DNA of 63,816 nt, filler included, from Cercozoa sp. M6MM (taxonomy: Eukaryota; Protista; Endomyxa: Ascetosporea): the NCBI GenBank assembly GCA_040357565.1. It is 15 parts of 15 records of this genome, joined end to end, with 100 filler letters (N's around TTAATTAATTAA, not from the genome) between each part and the next. Parts side by side here need not be neighbours in the genome. Positions count along the whole stretch, not along the records: positions 11,140 to 14,317 come from JBDODJ010001570.1; positions 14,418 to 17,983 come from JBDODJ010001398.1; positions 18,084 to 20,930 come from JBDODJ010001687.1; positions 21,031 to 23,605 come from JBDODJ010001737.1; positions 23,706 to 28,429 come from JBDODJ010001066.1; positions 28,530 to 34,949 come from JBDODJ010000739.1; 9 more parts are not named here. One strand, 5' to 3'. A program made the translations under genes and the position numbers. Under the pieces are notes generated by a model that saw nothing but the letters and a program-made list of their open reading frames with translations, was not told where the DNA came from and did not search any database. This document shows positions 14,101 to 28,532 of this stretch, piece after piece (position 1 is the first letter of the stretch; every line of letters begins with the position of its first letter).

Positions 14101-14292
14101 CAACGAGTCGTCGTGGCACTCGATGCGCGAGTCCGTGCAGGTGTGTATCCCCTTTACCCCCCTCCTCCCCCTTTACCCCTCCTCCCCCTTTACCCCCTCC
14201 TCCCCCTTTACCCATGTGTTGCATGTAGGGCCTGCTGGTGTTCAACCTGATTGGCATTCCGCAAGTTGGCGCTGACATCTGCGGCTTTGGCG
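11156..14292 (+). CDS. Glycoside hydrolase family 31 alpha-glucosidase, internal fragment
   Basis: [36 protein letters not shown] (nucleophile), [27 protein letters not shown]. Confidence 0.95.
11560..11715 (+). repeat. (CTAC)n intronic microsatellite
   Basis: Direct reading. Confidence 0.95.
11950..12066 (+). repeat. 13-mer intronic minisatellite (TTAATTATGTCTC)n, about 8-9 degenerate copies
   Basis: Direct reading. Confidence 0.9.
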
Positions 14293-14450
14293 GTACGTCT
14301 CTCTGAGGGGGGGGGGGNNNNNNNNNNNNNNNNNNNNNNNNNNNNNNNNNNNNNNNNNNNNTTAATTAATTAANNNNNNNNNNNNNNNNNNNNNNNNNNN
14401 NNNNNNNNNNNNNNNNNAAAAGATAAAGGGGTATGATTGTGCACTGACAG

Positions 14451-16046
14451 GGCAAGACAGTGCCGACGGAATTGCGTAGCGAGTATGAGGAACTCAAGCG
14501 TGCCATCGATCTCGACGACGCGCGGACACAAGGCAGCTCGGCGCGACAGGTATGTCGGGGGGGGGGGTTAAGAGGGTAGGTGGGTAAGGTGTAACCACGA
14601 GACTTGCACAGGCACTGGACGACGAGTACGCACGTGCAGGCATCGAGGACCCGCGTGTTCTTATCACGACTTCCCGCGACCCGTCATCGCGTCTCGTACG
14701 ATGTTTCTGATTGGGGGGGGGGGGGGGTAAACCTATGTGTAACACGTGAGCAGGTGTCGTTCGCCAAGGAGTTGAAACTCGTGTTTCCCAATGCGCATCG
14801 CGTGAACCGCGTACGTCTTTTACCCCCTCCAACCCTTTGTGTACTCGTCTTGTGTCCGACACACAGGGTTCCTCAGTCATGCGTGACATGGTGCGCGCCT
14901 GTCACAAGGTACACCAGCTTCTTTACCTTTCCCTTTACCCCTACCCCTTTACCCCTACCCCTTTACCCACTACTCCCTATCACACCCCTATACCCCTACC
15001 CCTATACCCTTACCCTTTACCCCCCCCCCACCCCTGCAGCACGACTACACAGATCTGGTGATCGTTCACGAACACCGTGGTGAGCCGGACGGTCTCATCG
15101 TGTCTCACATGCCGCACGGGCCCACTGTACCCTCTATCACCGCCCTATCACCCCATCAAGCCCCTCCATTATCCCCTCTATCACACCCCCCATTACCCCC
15201 TCCTCATCCCTTTTTACCCCCTATTACCTCTAGGCCTACTTTGGCCTATCGGGCGCCGTGTTGCGACACGACATTGCACAGGTAGTTCCTACCCTCACCC
15301 TTAACTATCCACCTTTAATATCTAACCACCTTTAATAACCAACCACCTTGAATAGCAGTCCTTTAACAACCCATCACGCCCTTAATTAACCTGCCCCTTT
15401 CGCAAGAACTGTGTGAGTGTATAGTCGGAGGACATCGACCTGGGTCCCGTGTCGGAGCAGTACCCGCACCTCATCATGGAGAACTTCTCGACGCCGCTGG
15501 GCCGACGTGTGCGCGACGTGCTGCGCTTCCTCTTCCCGGTAGGCCACTCGGCTTCTCCCAGACGAGGAGGGGTCAAGGGGTAATACTAAGTATCACGATG
15601 TCCGCAGGTACCCAAGCCGGACAGCAGACGTGTCATGACCTTTGCCAACACGGACGATTTCATCTCGTTCCGACACCACGTCTACCGCAAAGTCGGGTAT
15701 GTGCTTAACCCCCTTCCTCCTTCTGCCCGTATGCCCCTCCCCTAAACCCTTGCCCCCATCCCACCAGCGGCGGCGATGTTGAGCTGACCGAAGTGGGCCC
15801 GCGTTTCGAGATGCGACTCTACCAGCTCAAGGTACTGTGGTCAATTAGTCAACGTATGACATGTTAAAATTATGTGTGTGTGGTCCCAGCTTGGCACCGT
15901 GGACCAACCCGAGGCCGACAACGAGTGTACAAGACTGCTGGCTATTTTTCATTTTGACTGGACTGTTAACGGACGTTCTTTTGTGTGCAGGGGTGTTGAG
16001 ACCCTACATGAACACGAGCAGCAAACGCAAGGCGCTTGGCGAGTAG
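14451..16046 (+). CDS. IMP4: U3 snoRNP protein IMP4 (Brix domain), 5'-partial
   Basis: DDEYARAGIEDPRVLITTSRDPSSRL, VHEHRGEPDGLIVSHMPHGPTAYF, SEQYPHLI, ISFRHH, ELTEVGPRFEMRLY, WVLRPYMNT; stop TAG at 16044-16046. Confidence 0.95.
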
Positions 16047-16381
16047 TTCTGGCTTCAACAGACTTTTTCAGTACTATCGTTTACTTTTTCACGTCAGTCG
16101 TCTGTTACAGACTGACTCAGTTATGCGGTCTCCGCGGGGATGCTCCAGACAGACCAGTTCGGTTTCCTATCATTGAAGCAAACCTCATCTACTTGGCATC
16201 AGCTGAGAGAAGGTTTCGGAATTGACAGTTTACTTCTTTTTTTTAGTTCTTTTCACTGACAACCGTCAGTACACGTCAGTTTTGAGTAGCTGCTTTCAGT
16301 TTCGTTTCGCTCCGTTTTGGCGAACATGTATGCTGGTCGGGTTATCGGGTGCTACTCCCAGGCCGCGCGGACGACCAAGGT

Positions 16382-17418
16382 TCAGGGTGCAGCAGCATCG
16401 GGTCCGAAGAGCGTCCAGTCGCGGCACTGGAGCGACGAGAGCGCCTCGGCGAGAAAGTCCTCAAGCGGCACAACGTCGCTGCTGCTGTTGTCGTCAGAGG
16501 TGTTGCTGTCACTGGTCTTGGCTTCCTCTGCAATAAACATGCACAGAGGGCACGTGTCAGTGTGTGTTGCAGTCAGATACCGTCATGGATAGGCGAGGCG
16601 GCACGTGCCTGACTGGCGGTACTGATACGAGTCGGCACATTGCTCTGCACCAGCAGGTCCGTCGTCACGTGCGGCAGACGGATCAGCGCCAGGGACACGC
16701 GCACTGTGTTGGCCTACCAGAGGGAGGTAAAGGAGGGAAACAGGATTAATAAGGAGCAAGTACGGCATCAGCCGAGTCGCGGCCCTTGGAGATGTGTTGC
16801 GTGCCACGTGCCACCCAGCAGCCATCTGTGTTTTCAGAACAGTACAGACAGTCGCACCCACCTAATAGTGAAATCCAGGCAAATAGACCCAAAACATGCT
16901 CTACCGTCCTGATGCGAGTGCGGAAAGTTCGGCACTTCCTCTTGCGTCAGTTGTCGAATGGCACACTCGTGGTCCGGACTCTACGGTCAGCGATTGTGCC
17001 ACACTGACAAATACGAAAAGATAATCTTTACTTCATTGGCCTTGCAGAGTTCTTCCCAATGTCGCTGCATCGCCAGCCGCGAATCTGACTCGTCCTGCAA
17101 AACTATTATACTTAAAAGTTGCCACAGCACTCGCCTTAAACTGCAACAAACCATCATTTCAACGACTTCGAAAATAATCGATCTGTCCGTGTCGGCATGG
17201 GCGTAGACTTCCTGTAGCAAAAATACGTGCATTCGGTGCAACAGTCACTTTAGACTACTCACCTGATGATCCGGCACTTGACGGTAGTTGCTGATGTCGA
17301 CGAACTCGCTGAAACACAGAAAATAAAACACGCCCAAACTGGAGGCTTCAATTCGCGCAAGATACCCAAAGATACGCGCTGCAAACGCGCCGCCCCACAG
17401 CTCTCTCTCCACTGCCAT
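16382..17418 (-). CDS. MOG1: Ran-binding protein MOG1/RANGRF
   Basis: MAVERELWGGAF..., FVDISNYRQVPDHQEVYAHADTDRSIIFEVVEM, C-terminal SLQCRDWTLFG. Confidence 0.8.
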
Positions 17419-18083
17419 ATTTTTGTGCCAAATAAGTGCTCAGTGCTCTAGCTAAATCAAGAGCATTCTGCCAGTATTTCAAGTTTTTTCGATCCGGGCA
17501 ATAATTTGGTCAGTGTTTTTAGCTTTCAACGTAACAGTAAACTGGTCTAAAACTGTACGTGTGTGCGAGTGCTGTGCCGATTAAATGCAATAGCAAGTCA
17601 CAGCTCTTGACGAAGCGAAGTTACTTGGGATCGCGTGCGCCAAAGATGGCGCTGCCCACGCGTACGTTGGTACTGCCTGAGGCACAAACAACACACACAT
17701 AAAGCAGGGTCCATGTATCCCAGAGGATACAGAGTAAGTCCAAGGTCTACCGGCATCGACGGCGACCTCGACGTCGGCACTCATGCCCATGGAGAGTTCA
17801 AGTGCGTCCTCCGGCAGTTCTGCGCACGTACGTGGGTATAGTCAAAAGGACCAATCAAACAGTCGAAACAGAGCACTTGGAGTGGCTCAAAGAAGAGAAG
17901 TACCCAGAGCACGTGCCACGCTGGCGCGACACTCGCACAGACGCTCGAAAAACTGACGCGAGAATTCTGCGGGGGGGGGGGGGNNNNNNNNNNNNNNNNN
18001 NNNNNNNNNNNNNNNNNNNNNNNNNNNTTAATTAATTAANNNNNNNNNNNNNNNNNNNNNNNNNNNNNNNNNNNNNNNNNNNN

Positions 18084-18119
18084 TGGCGTGCCGTCGTTGT
18101 AGACGAAGCGGTATCCCTT

Positions 18120-18177
<58 letters not shown>

Positions 18178-19919
18178 GCATCATATTCCCATACTCACAT
18201 ACCCCATGGGATACAACAGCACCGTCTCAAGAATGCCAAGGCGCTGTCTTATGGAGCCTTACAACGCGTCCGACGCGGTGCGCCCATGGTCCTTCTAACG
18301 GGGTATTCTATACACAAACATATATATATATATATATATGTTGTGTACTTGTAACAGCACGCCTCTGCAGAACGACCTGCACGAACTGTGGGCACTGCTG
18401 AAACTACTGGTACACATGCACATATACTCTAGTCTGAACCCTGGTAGATATATGCATACATGCTCGTAATGGGACAGCTGCCGGGTGTGTTCGACAGCGA
18501 GCCGGTTCGTCTTCGCTTTAAGGTAATCTACCTCCTTAACCCTCCCTCGCGTTGTACTTAAGAGGAGGCAACTGGTCAGGCTGCGTTTGACCTGTCGCGT
18601 CTCAGCAGCGCCGCCAAAAAGGAGCAGCCGCAGCAGCAGCAACAACAACAGCAGCAGCAAGACGGCGGCACCGAGTCGGAACAAGAGGACGTCAGCACGA
18701 GTGCCAGTAGCGACCAGTCGGAATCCTCCAACAAGGAAGAGAAGGAGGAGGAGGAGGAAGAGGTGTTTTACTTTGACACTTATATATATATGGATATATA
18801 TATATATATATGTATATAGATAGATAGATATGTGTGTGTCGATGGCAGGACGAACAGTTCTTGCTCAGCGCAGCGCATCGATTGCTGCTGCCGCTAATGA
18901 TTCGGCGCACCAAGGTACGGCACAACCTGTGTGTCTACATGTGTGTACATGCATGCATTCATGCATTCGTGTCTTTGTGAGTGTGTGTTTCCTTAGTCGG
19001 CGTTGCGCACCAAGCTGCCACCCAAGACAGAGACGTACTAGTGCTTTGTGTGTGTGTGTCGTGTTTGTGTCTGTGTGTGTCTGTGTCTGTGTCTGTGTGT
19101 CTGTGTCTGCGCGCGTGTGTGTCTGTGTGTGTGTGTTTGTGTCTGTGTCTGTGTTTGTGTCTGTGTCTGTGTTGTGTCTGTGTGTCTGTGTGTCTGTGTG
19201 TCTGTGTGTCTGTGTGTCTNNNNNNNNNNTGTGTGTCTGTGTGTCTGTGTGTCTGTGTGTCTGTGTGTCTGTGTGTGCAAGTACTTGATTATGGAAGGTT
19301 GTATTACCACTCCTGCAGAATGCTGTACGTGACTATGTCGCCGTACCAACGCTTTTGGTACCGTCGACTGCTGGGACGTTTGGTCACCTCGTACCCCTCA
19401 TCCTTGAACCTGTCTCCCATAAACCTTGACCTGTCTCGTGTGTTTGTTTTTGTCTGTGTATCTGTGTATCTGTGTAGAGACAAGTCGCAGGACTTTGGCT
19501 TTCGCTGTCGTGCGCAAGGTACCCTCGGGCGTCTGTGCCTGTGTCTGTGTCTGTGTCTGTGTCTGTGTCTGTGTCTGTGTGATGTGATTGGGACACAGGC
19601 CGCGACCCGCGCAAGCTCATGTCGCTGCTCGTGCAGCTGCGCAAGGTACTCGCACACATATACATACTGTATGTATGCCGTCTGTAGGTACACCTGTATG
19701 TGTGTCGTATGCAGGTGTGCTCGCACCCGTTCCTGCTGCCGGACGCCGAGCCAGTCGAAGGAGTCGCCTCGGCCGAGCTGTAAGCACTGTCCTATACAGA
19801 CCCTCATGTGCACATGAGTATGTGTATGTGCGTGTATGTGTATGTGTGCAGACTGTGCCGTGCCTCGCGCAAGATGGCCGTGCTGGACAAGCTGCTCGAG
19901 TACCCTTGTCCTGCTTTTC

Positions 19920-19954
<35 letters not shown>

Positions 19955-20266
19955 ATGTGTGTGTCCCTATGTGTGCCTCCGATGTGTCCCTCCTTTCAGA
20001 CGACTCAAGAAGGAGGGCCACCGCGCGCTTATTTTCAGCGGCTTTACGCGCGTGCTCGATCTCGTCGAGCAGCTCATGCGGGTGCCTCCTGTCCCCTCTG
20101 GGCCCGGTCTCTGTGTTGTGTCTGTGTGTTTATGTCTATATGTGTATGTGTGTATGTCACAGGCCAGAGGACACAAGTACTACCGTCTGGATGGCAGCAC
20201 TCACCGTGGTATGCCCCCTGCCTGTGTCTGTGTCTTGTGTATGTGCCTGTGTGCGTATGCTCTATG

Positions 20267-20304
<38 letters not shown>

Positions 20305-20404
20305 NNNNNNNNNNNNNNNNNNNNNNNNNNNNNNNNNNNNNNNNNNNNNNNNNNNNNNNNNNNNNNNNNNNNNNNNNNNNNNNNNNNNNNNNNNNNNNNN
20401 NNNN

Positions 20405-20453
<49 letters not shown>

Positions 20454-20838
20454 GCGACGTAAGCTAGGAATCGCATGGTTCAACGCGCCTCGGTACCACA
20501 CACATCTGCACACATAGTGCCTATGTCTGTGTGGATGAATTATGTATATATATATGTGTGTGTGTGTGTGTGTATGTATATATGTATGTACACAAATTGA
20601 GTAGGTCAGACAAGTTCGCCTACTTAATTTCGACACGTGCTGGTGTGCTTGCTTTGTCTGTGTCTGTGTGTCTGTGTGATCACCCAAGTACACAGGCGGT
20701 CTTGGCGTGAACCTGCACACGGCCGATACCGTGGTAGGTCTCTCTACTTGATCATACACACATTCCAAACATGTTTGTTTGTTGGACAGATCTTCTTCGA
20801 CTCGGACTGGAACCCGCAGGCCGACGTGCAGGCCATGG
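18084..20838 (+). CDS. SNF2-family chromatin remodelling ATPase (ISWI/CHD/ALC1-like), internal fragment
   Basis: [93 protein letters not shown]. Confidence 0.95.
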
Positions 20839-20880
20839 TAGCACGTGCCTCTATCTGTGTCGTTGTAGGTGCTTGTGTAG

Positions 20881-20930
<50 letters not shown>

Positions 20931-21129
20931 NNNNNNNNNNNNNNNNNNNNNNNNNNNNNNNNNNNNNNNNNNNNTTAATTAATTAANNNNNNNNNNNNNN
21001 NNNNNNNNNNNNNNNNNNNNNNNNNNNNNNAGGGGGGGGTGGTCAGGGGTAGGGGTTAAGGAGGGGGATAGGGGTAAAGGAGGGGATATGGGTTAAGGGG
21101 GTAGGGGTTAAAGGGGGACGGGGATACAG

Positions 21130-21644
21130 TTTGAGTGGGGCCAGGACAGACGTTGGTGACATGGAGACCTCTGGCACCGACCTCGGCACGCAGCGCGTCA
21201 AAGGCGCCGATGAGACCGAACTTGGCGGCACTGTAGACCGTGCGCAGAGGTGCACCGTACTTGCCGGCCACGGAAGCGACATTGACGATGTGTCCGCTGC
21301 CTCGTGTCAGCATGCCAGGCAGTAGGAACTTGCTCAGCAGCAGCGGCGCCTTCAGATCGACGGCGAGGACCTGGTCCACCACCGAGACAGCGGCATCGAC
21401 ATCCAGTGCCTCCAGACTGCTGCGTGTTGTGACACCGGCATTGTTGACCAGAATGTCCACATGTCCGAAACACTCCTGCACACGTGCTGCCAGTGCGCGC
21501 AGTCCTGCCGTGTGACCCAGGTCGCCTTCCAGGCAGTGCACCTGCTCGGCCGGCACTCCCAGCTGCACCAGTGCCTCGCGTGTCTGTCGCAGTGCCGCCG
21601 CCTTCCGACCCAGCAGCACGAAACGCAGTGCCGTCTTCTCACTC

Positions 21645-21677
<33 letters not shown>

Positions 21678-21962
21678 GGGAGGAAGGGGTACAGAGAGGT
21701 AAAGTACAGAGAGGTAAAGTACAGAGAGGTAAAGTACAGGAAGGTAAAGTACAGGGAGGAAAAGGCCACTGCTCTACCGTGTTCTGCGCCACACGCAAGG
21801 CAAAGGCGCGACCGATGCCGGAACTGGCGCCGGTGATCACTATCACCTTGCCGGCGTAGTAGTTCGGGATCCGGCGCGCCAGCCGCAGGAACACGTTGCT
21901 GTCCAGCAACACGGCCAGCAACAGGATGCTGAGGACCACTGCGAGCGAGCACGCGGACTCAT
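21130..21962 (-). CDS. Short-chain dehydrogenase/reductase (DHRS7-like, N-terminal membrane anchor), 3'-partial
   Basis: ITGASSGIG, DILVNNAG, IVNVASVAG, YSAAK, VCPG. Confidence 0.92.
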
Positions 21963-22137
21963 TGAACGTTTGGTTGCAAAGTGATCACATCTATTTACCT
22001 AAGCAGAACATCTTCAGATCACCTGCTCTATGCTCAGCAATGCAAACACACACAGGCACAAGCTGCTTAGTTTCTTTATCCGCGTCATATTGCAGGTGGC
22101 GCCGACTTAAGAAATCTGACGGTTTTCATTGACAAAC

Positions 22138-23571
22138 ATGTCGATGGTACTATTCTCAAAAACGTCGTGCAAGTTTCTGAGAATTTTCTTGGGCTATTCT
22201 CGCAGCCCCGAGCAGCAACTTCCTGCACAGTAGAGCAGGGCACTCCGGAGCCACTAAAACACGATCGAAAGCGCATCGTTTCCGAGTGCACGCACACAGA
22301 CAGCGATCCGTGCTTCGTGTGCAGTGTGCTCTGGGTCTTCTTTGATCAGGAGGTGCAGGCGCAGCGTATCGAGTGGCTGGCGCAGCTCCAAGCTCTTCAG
22401 ACAGCTGTAGCCTCTCTGTGTCCCGGATCGCACATGTCTTGTGCATACGTTGATCTTTGTACGGCAGGCTCTTCACAGTACGCTAGCGAGCTGCGCCCGC
22501 GCGATGCTGCATACAATTGCAGGAAGGTAAATTCCGTCCTCTGACCATGCTGCCATCGGGCGTGTTTAGTGCTTGCTTCTGTGGCACAGATACGCCGTGG
22601 GCGAGCTCTTGGGCGAAGGCGGGCAGTCGCAGGTCTTTCTTGGTACTTTGAGTTGCTTTCAAGTTCTTAATTCCGTTGTCAATCAATCGTTTGGACATAG
22701 GACTTGACACGAAAACAAATGCCCGTGTGGCGCTTAAAGTGCTGCGTCGTGATACGCTGAGTCGTCTCTCGGCTCAGTTCCGCCAGGTGCAGGCCGAGAT
22801 CGGCGCACTGACGCGTGTGGCTCATCCGCACGTGCTGCGTCTGCTGGTAGAGACTGCAGTTTTCTGCAAAAACAAAAAACTAAAACGAAAACTTGCTTGT
22901 GCCTCAGGACGTTGTCCTTAACGCACGCTGGACACTGCCGAACGACCCATCAAGCGACTCGGGCGAGGTTATCGTGCTCGTGATTGAACTGGCCACGGGC
23001 GGCGAGCTTTTCGATTTCCTGTCCTTCACTGGTACAACTGAACCGACTGACTTTTGCTTTTATAAACAACTGCCGTTCAGGTGCCTTCGAGGAACCGGTG
23101 GCACGCACGTATCTGAGACAACTCACAACGGGCATTTTTGCCTGTCATGCGCAGGGTAGTATTTCTCGTATTTCGCCCCGCGAGAGTGACATGGCTGTGA
23201 CTTGGACTGGCTATTTTTCGACAGGCATAGCACACCGCGATCTAAAACCGGAGAACCTACTGCTTGATGCGGTTAGCGCTGTTTTGACCTGAACTAAATC
23301 GTTGATTGCATTTGTTTTGTTGCTCAGGATTTCCAACTGAAAATCGCAGATTTTGGTTTCGCCGAATGTTTTGCGAATTCGCCAGATGGCATGATGCGCA
23401 GTACCGTCTCGTTTTACTCAGAATGACCACTTGAGTATGTGTGACCACTCCTGATGTGACCACGTTTGATGTGACCACACACTGACAGGTGAGTGTGGCA
23501 CACGTGGCTACATGGCGCCCGAGGTGCTGCGCGGAGAACCTTACGGCCCGTCCACGGACATTTTCGCCATG
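22138..23571 (+). CDS. Ser/Thr protein kinase (CAMK group) with N-terminal extension, 3'-partial
   Basis: LGEGGQSQV, VALK, ELATGGELFDF, HRDLKPENLL, KIADFG, CGTRGYMAPE; start codon tentative. Confidence 0.9.
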
Positions 23572-23705
23572 GTAAGGGAGTGAGGCGAAGGCGCAAAACA
23601 TTCGGNNNNNNNNNNNNNNNNNNNNNNNNNNNNNNNNNNNNNNNNNNNNTTAATTAATTAANNNNNNNNNNNNNNNNNNNNNNNNNNNNNNNNNNNNNNN
23701 NNNNN

Positions 23706-23765
<60 letters not shown>

Positions 23766-23805
23766 AAGATCGAAATTGGAGGGAAGTGCGAGAGCAAAGC
23801 TGTAC

Positions 23806-26078
<2,273 letters not shown>

Positions 26079-26543
26079 GCTGCAAAGGGTCACGTTTCAC
26101 ACGGAGTTTGGTGCCTGTTCAATCGTGTCGTTAGTAGTTCGATCTTTGTTCTTGATCTGCCACGCTGCGTTCGCACGGCGTGAATTGTTGTTTCAACGAA
26201 AGTAATGTCGTAATTGCAATGGATGCGTGTGCGAAAGCTACAAAACAAAATGTAAATTGGAGAAACCGTGCACCCAGGGGAAAAGGAAAGGAGTGGATTG
26301 AACATAACACACCCACTAGGGACACCAGCGCACCCTGAAGCACCAAAATGCTTCACTACACCGTCTTTTGCACGAAGCAATGCGTCTGGTGCTCAAAATC
26401 AGCTGGAAGCAGCTGGCTCGTTTTCTGTTTTCACTGGGAGGTCCCCGGTCTCGTCCGTTTAGCCCGCATGTGATCAATTTCACTGTTTCTAGTTTTTCTG
26501 CGTGAAAGAAGCGTTTTAGCGAAGCGAAACACGTATCTTTACC

Positions 26544-27420
26544 ATGGCTCGTGCGTATTACCAGCGCTGCGCACGATGGTTGAAAGCCGCGCCATCGATG
26601 GCGATCGTTGTGTTGGTACACACCACCAATACCACCTTTGTTTTGCCCCTGTAGACATCCACTGAGCACAGGTACCAGAGAGCGAGTGGGCAAACTGCCG
26701 CTTGCCCCTGCAAAAAGCCATTGTTGCTGACCGCTCGAGTGTACACTAGTCCAGCTGAACAGTTAAGGTGAATTTACATGAAGACGTGTGTTCTTTGCAG
26801 GAGCTGCAACACGACATTGTCGAGTTCTTTGACAATGCGCATAATGCGAATGTCATCAGTGAGAGCAGCACCGAGCACGGTGACAGCGAGGATAGCAGGA
26901 AACTTCGCGAGATGATGCGCAGCGTGCACGCAGTGTGGCAACAGTGGTGACTCCTCTCTGAATACGGTGTCTGTATCTTACTCTTGATATTCTGAGTGCT
27001 TGCAGTGAGGCAACGGCCGATCAGTACGTACTGTTCGCGGTGTGGGCACTGTTGTCGCAGTTGTGTTCGGCTTGTCACTGCGACACCTCCACCGAGTGGC
27101 TACAGTCACTGCCCGCACTACCAGACACTGAGGACCCTCTCGTGTACCTCCCTGTCTATGTGTATCACGCGAGCTCCAGTGGCAGCTTGAGTTGTGCACA
27201 GGTGCGAGTGCTGGCTGCTCGAGTGTTGGGACGCTGCCACACGACTGCAGCGACGCGGCACTGTTGTGCGCTTCCTGGCACGCACGGGCGGATGTACCTT
27301 GCCATACACCTGGGGATATCGTGCGTCTTTACTTGACTTGGTGTATCTGTAGGCCCGGTGGCGGCGTGGGAGTCGCAGTGCGTTGCGCGATTAAAGCAGC
27401 TTCGCAAGAAACTTCTTTGA
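26544..27420 (+). CDS. Hypothetical protein (5 exons)
   Basis: Exons join in frame through GT-AG introns and end ...CVARLKQLRKKLL-TGA; first exons tentative. Confidence 0.55.
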
Positions 27421-27710
27421 AACTGCTCTGGTCAGTGTGTACTATGATTGCTGTTTCTATGAAACAACTGAGCGTCGGATGCCTGGTCATGAGGGTCGGG
27501 AGATTTTAAGCCGGCAAGTCAACCCGGGTCAGAAGCCAGGACTATAGTCCTGCCAGTGAATCTTCTAAGATCCACACGAACGCTACTAAACTTGACCGCG
27601 CTAAATGCTGATGTGACTTACGTGTATATGCTATGCTCTGTATATGCACGTCCCATTCCCCCGCCTCAAGTCACTCCGCCACTTTGCTGATTGATGTCGT
27701 GAATATACGC

Positions 27711-27720
27711 TGACCCATGA
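27711..27720 (+). promoter_or_regulatory. Candidate snRNA upstream sequence element (USE/PSE) TGACCCATGA
   Basis: About 70 nt upstream of U5; resembles the CCCA-core snRNA elements of ciliates and plants. Confidence 0.6.
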
Positions 27721-27782
27721 CGCTGGTTTACAAAAAACTAAGAAGTTATGAAAATCATGTCCAGTTTATCATTGAGGGAAGC

Positions 27783-27904
27783 AACTGCGAGCTGATTCCA
27801 TTCAACTATCAAACCCACATTTCGCCTTTTACTAGATGTGGCTGTGGCTGGGATCGCTGACGCTCGCTCTCTCATTGCGAATTTGTGCGGTTCCGTCGGG
27901 ACTT
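27783..27904 (+). ncRNA. U5: U5 spliceosomal snRNA
   Basis: Invariant loop I TTTCGCCTTTTACTA closed by CCACAT/ATGTGG; outer stems GCGAGC/GCTCGC and GATTCCA/TGGGATC; Sm site AATTTGTG at 27880-27887; 3' hairpin GTTCC-gtc-GGGAC. Confidence 0.9.
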
Positions 27905-27963
27905 CCCTCTCTTCTTTTGCTTCTGTTTTGTGGTGCTTCTGTCGTGTCAGCAGCTATCGTTTA

Positions 27964-28350
27964 TCAGTACCGCTCTGTGTGATTTATCTCTGTGGTGTGA
28001 GTTGCCAGTAAAAAGGAAACAGAGCTAGCGCCGAGAGCGGCGACGATTGCGTTCGGCCACGACAACAAGGCACACGGCAATGCAGCTACAGTACGGGATA
28101 GCCAGGGAACGATGACGGGATACACTACACTGCGGTACCACAGAGTAGCAGCTCCAAGTATGATGCCTAGTGCCAATGCGCCTGCACTCCAACGAAGTCA
28201 AAGAAGAGCACACGCGTGAGAAATGCACATGCGTAAAAACAGTACCATTGGACCCGTTATTGTTGCTGCCTTCAAAGGGGGGCACATACCCAAGTCGAAG
28301 ATAATCGTCGAACTCTGTTTGCGTACTACTCACCGAACGTTCAGTAAACA
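27964..28350 (-). CDS. 3' fragment of hypothetical, probably membrane, protein
   Basis: Exon-like TEFDDYLRLGYVPPFEG and hydrophobic ALGIILGAATLWYRSVVYPVIVPW. Confidence 0.35.
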
Positions 28351-28366
28351 CGACTGGTGTGTGCGT

Positions 28367-28429
<63 letters not shown>

Positions 28430-28532
28430 NNNNNNNNNNNNNNNNNNNNNNNNNNNNNNNNNNNNNNNNNNNNTTAATTAATTAANNNNNNNNNNNNNNN
28501 NNNNNNNNNNNNNNNNNNNNNNNNNNNNNCCA

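Noticed and set aside
14929-15230. TTACCCC arrays as telomeric repeats
   Set aside because: Degenerate, intronic, and not the CCCTAA/CCCTAAA permutation
17646-17983. Possible + strand gene start before the linker
   Set aside because: Could not fix a consistent frame or any recognisable motif
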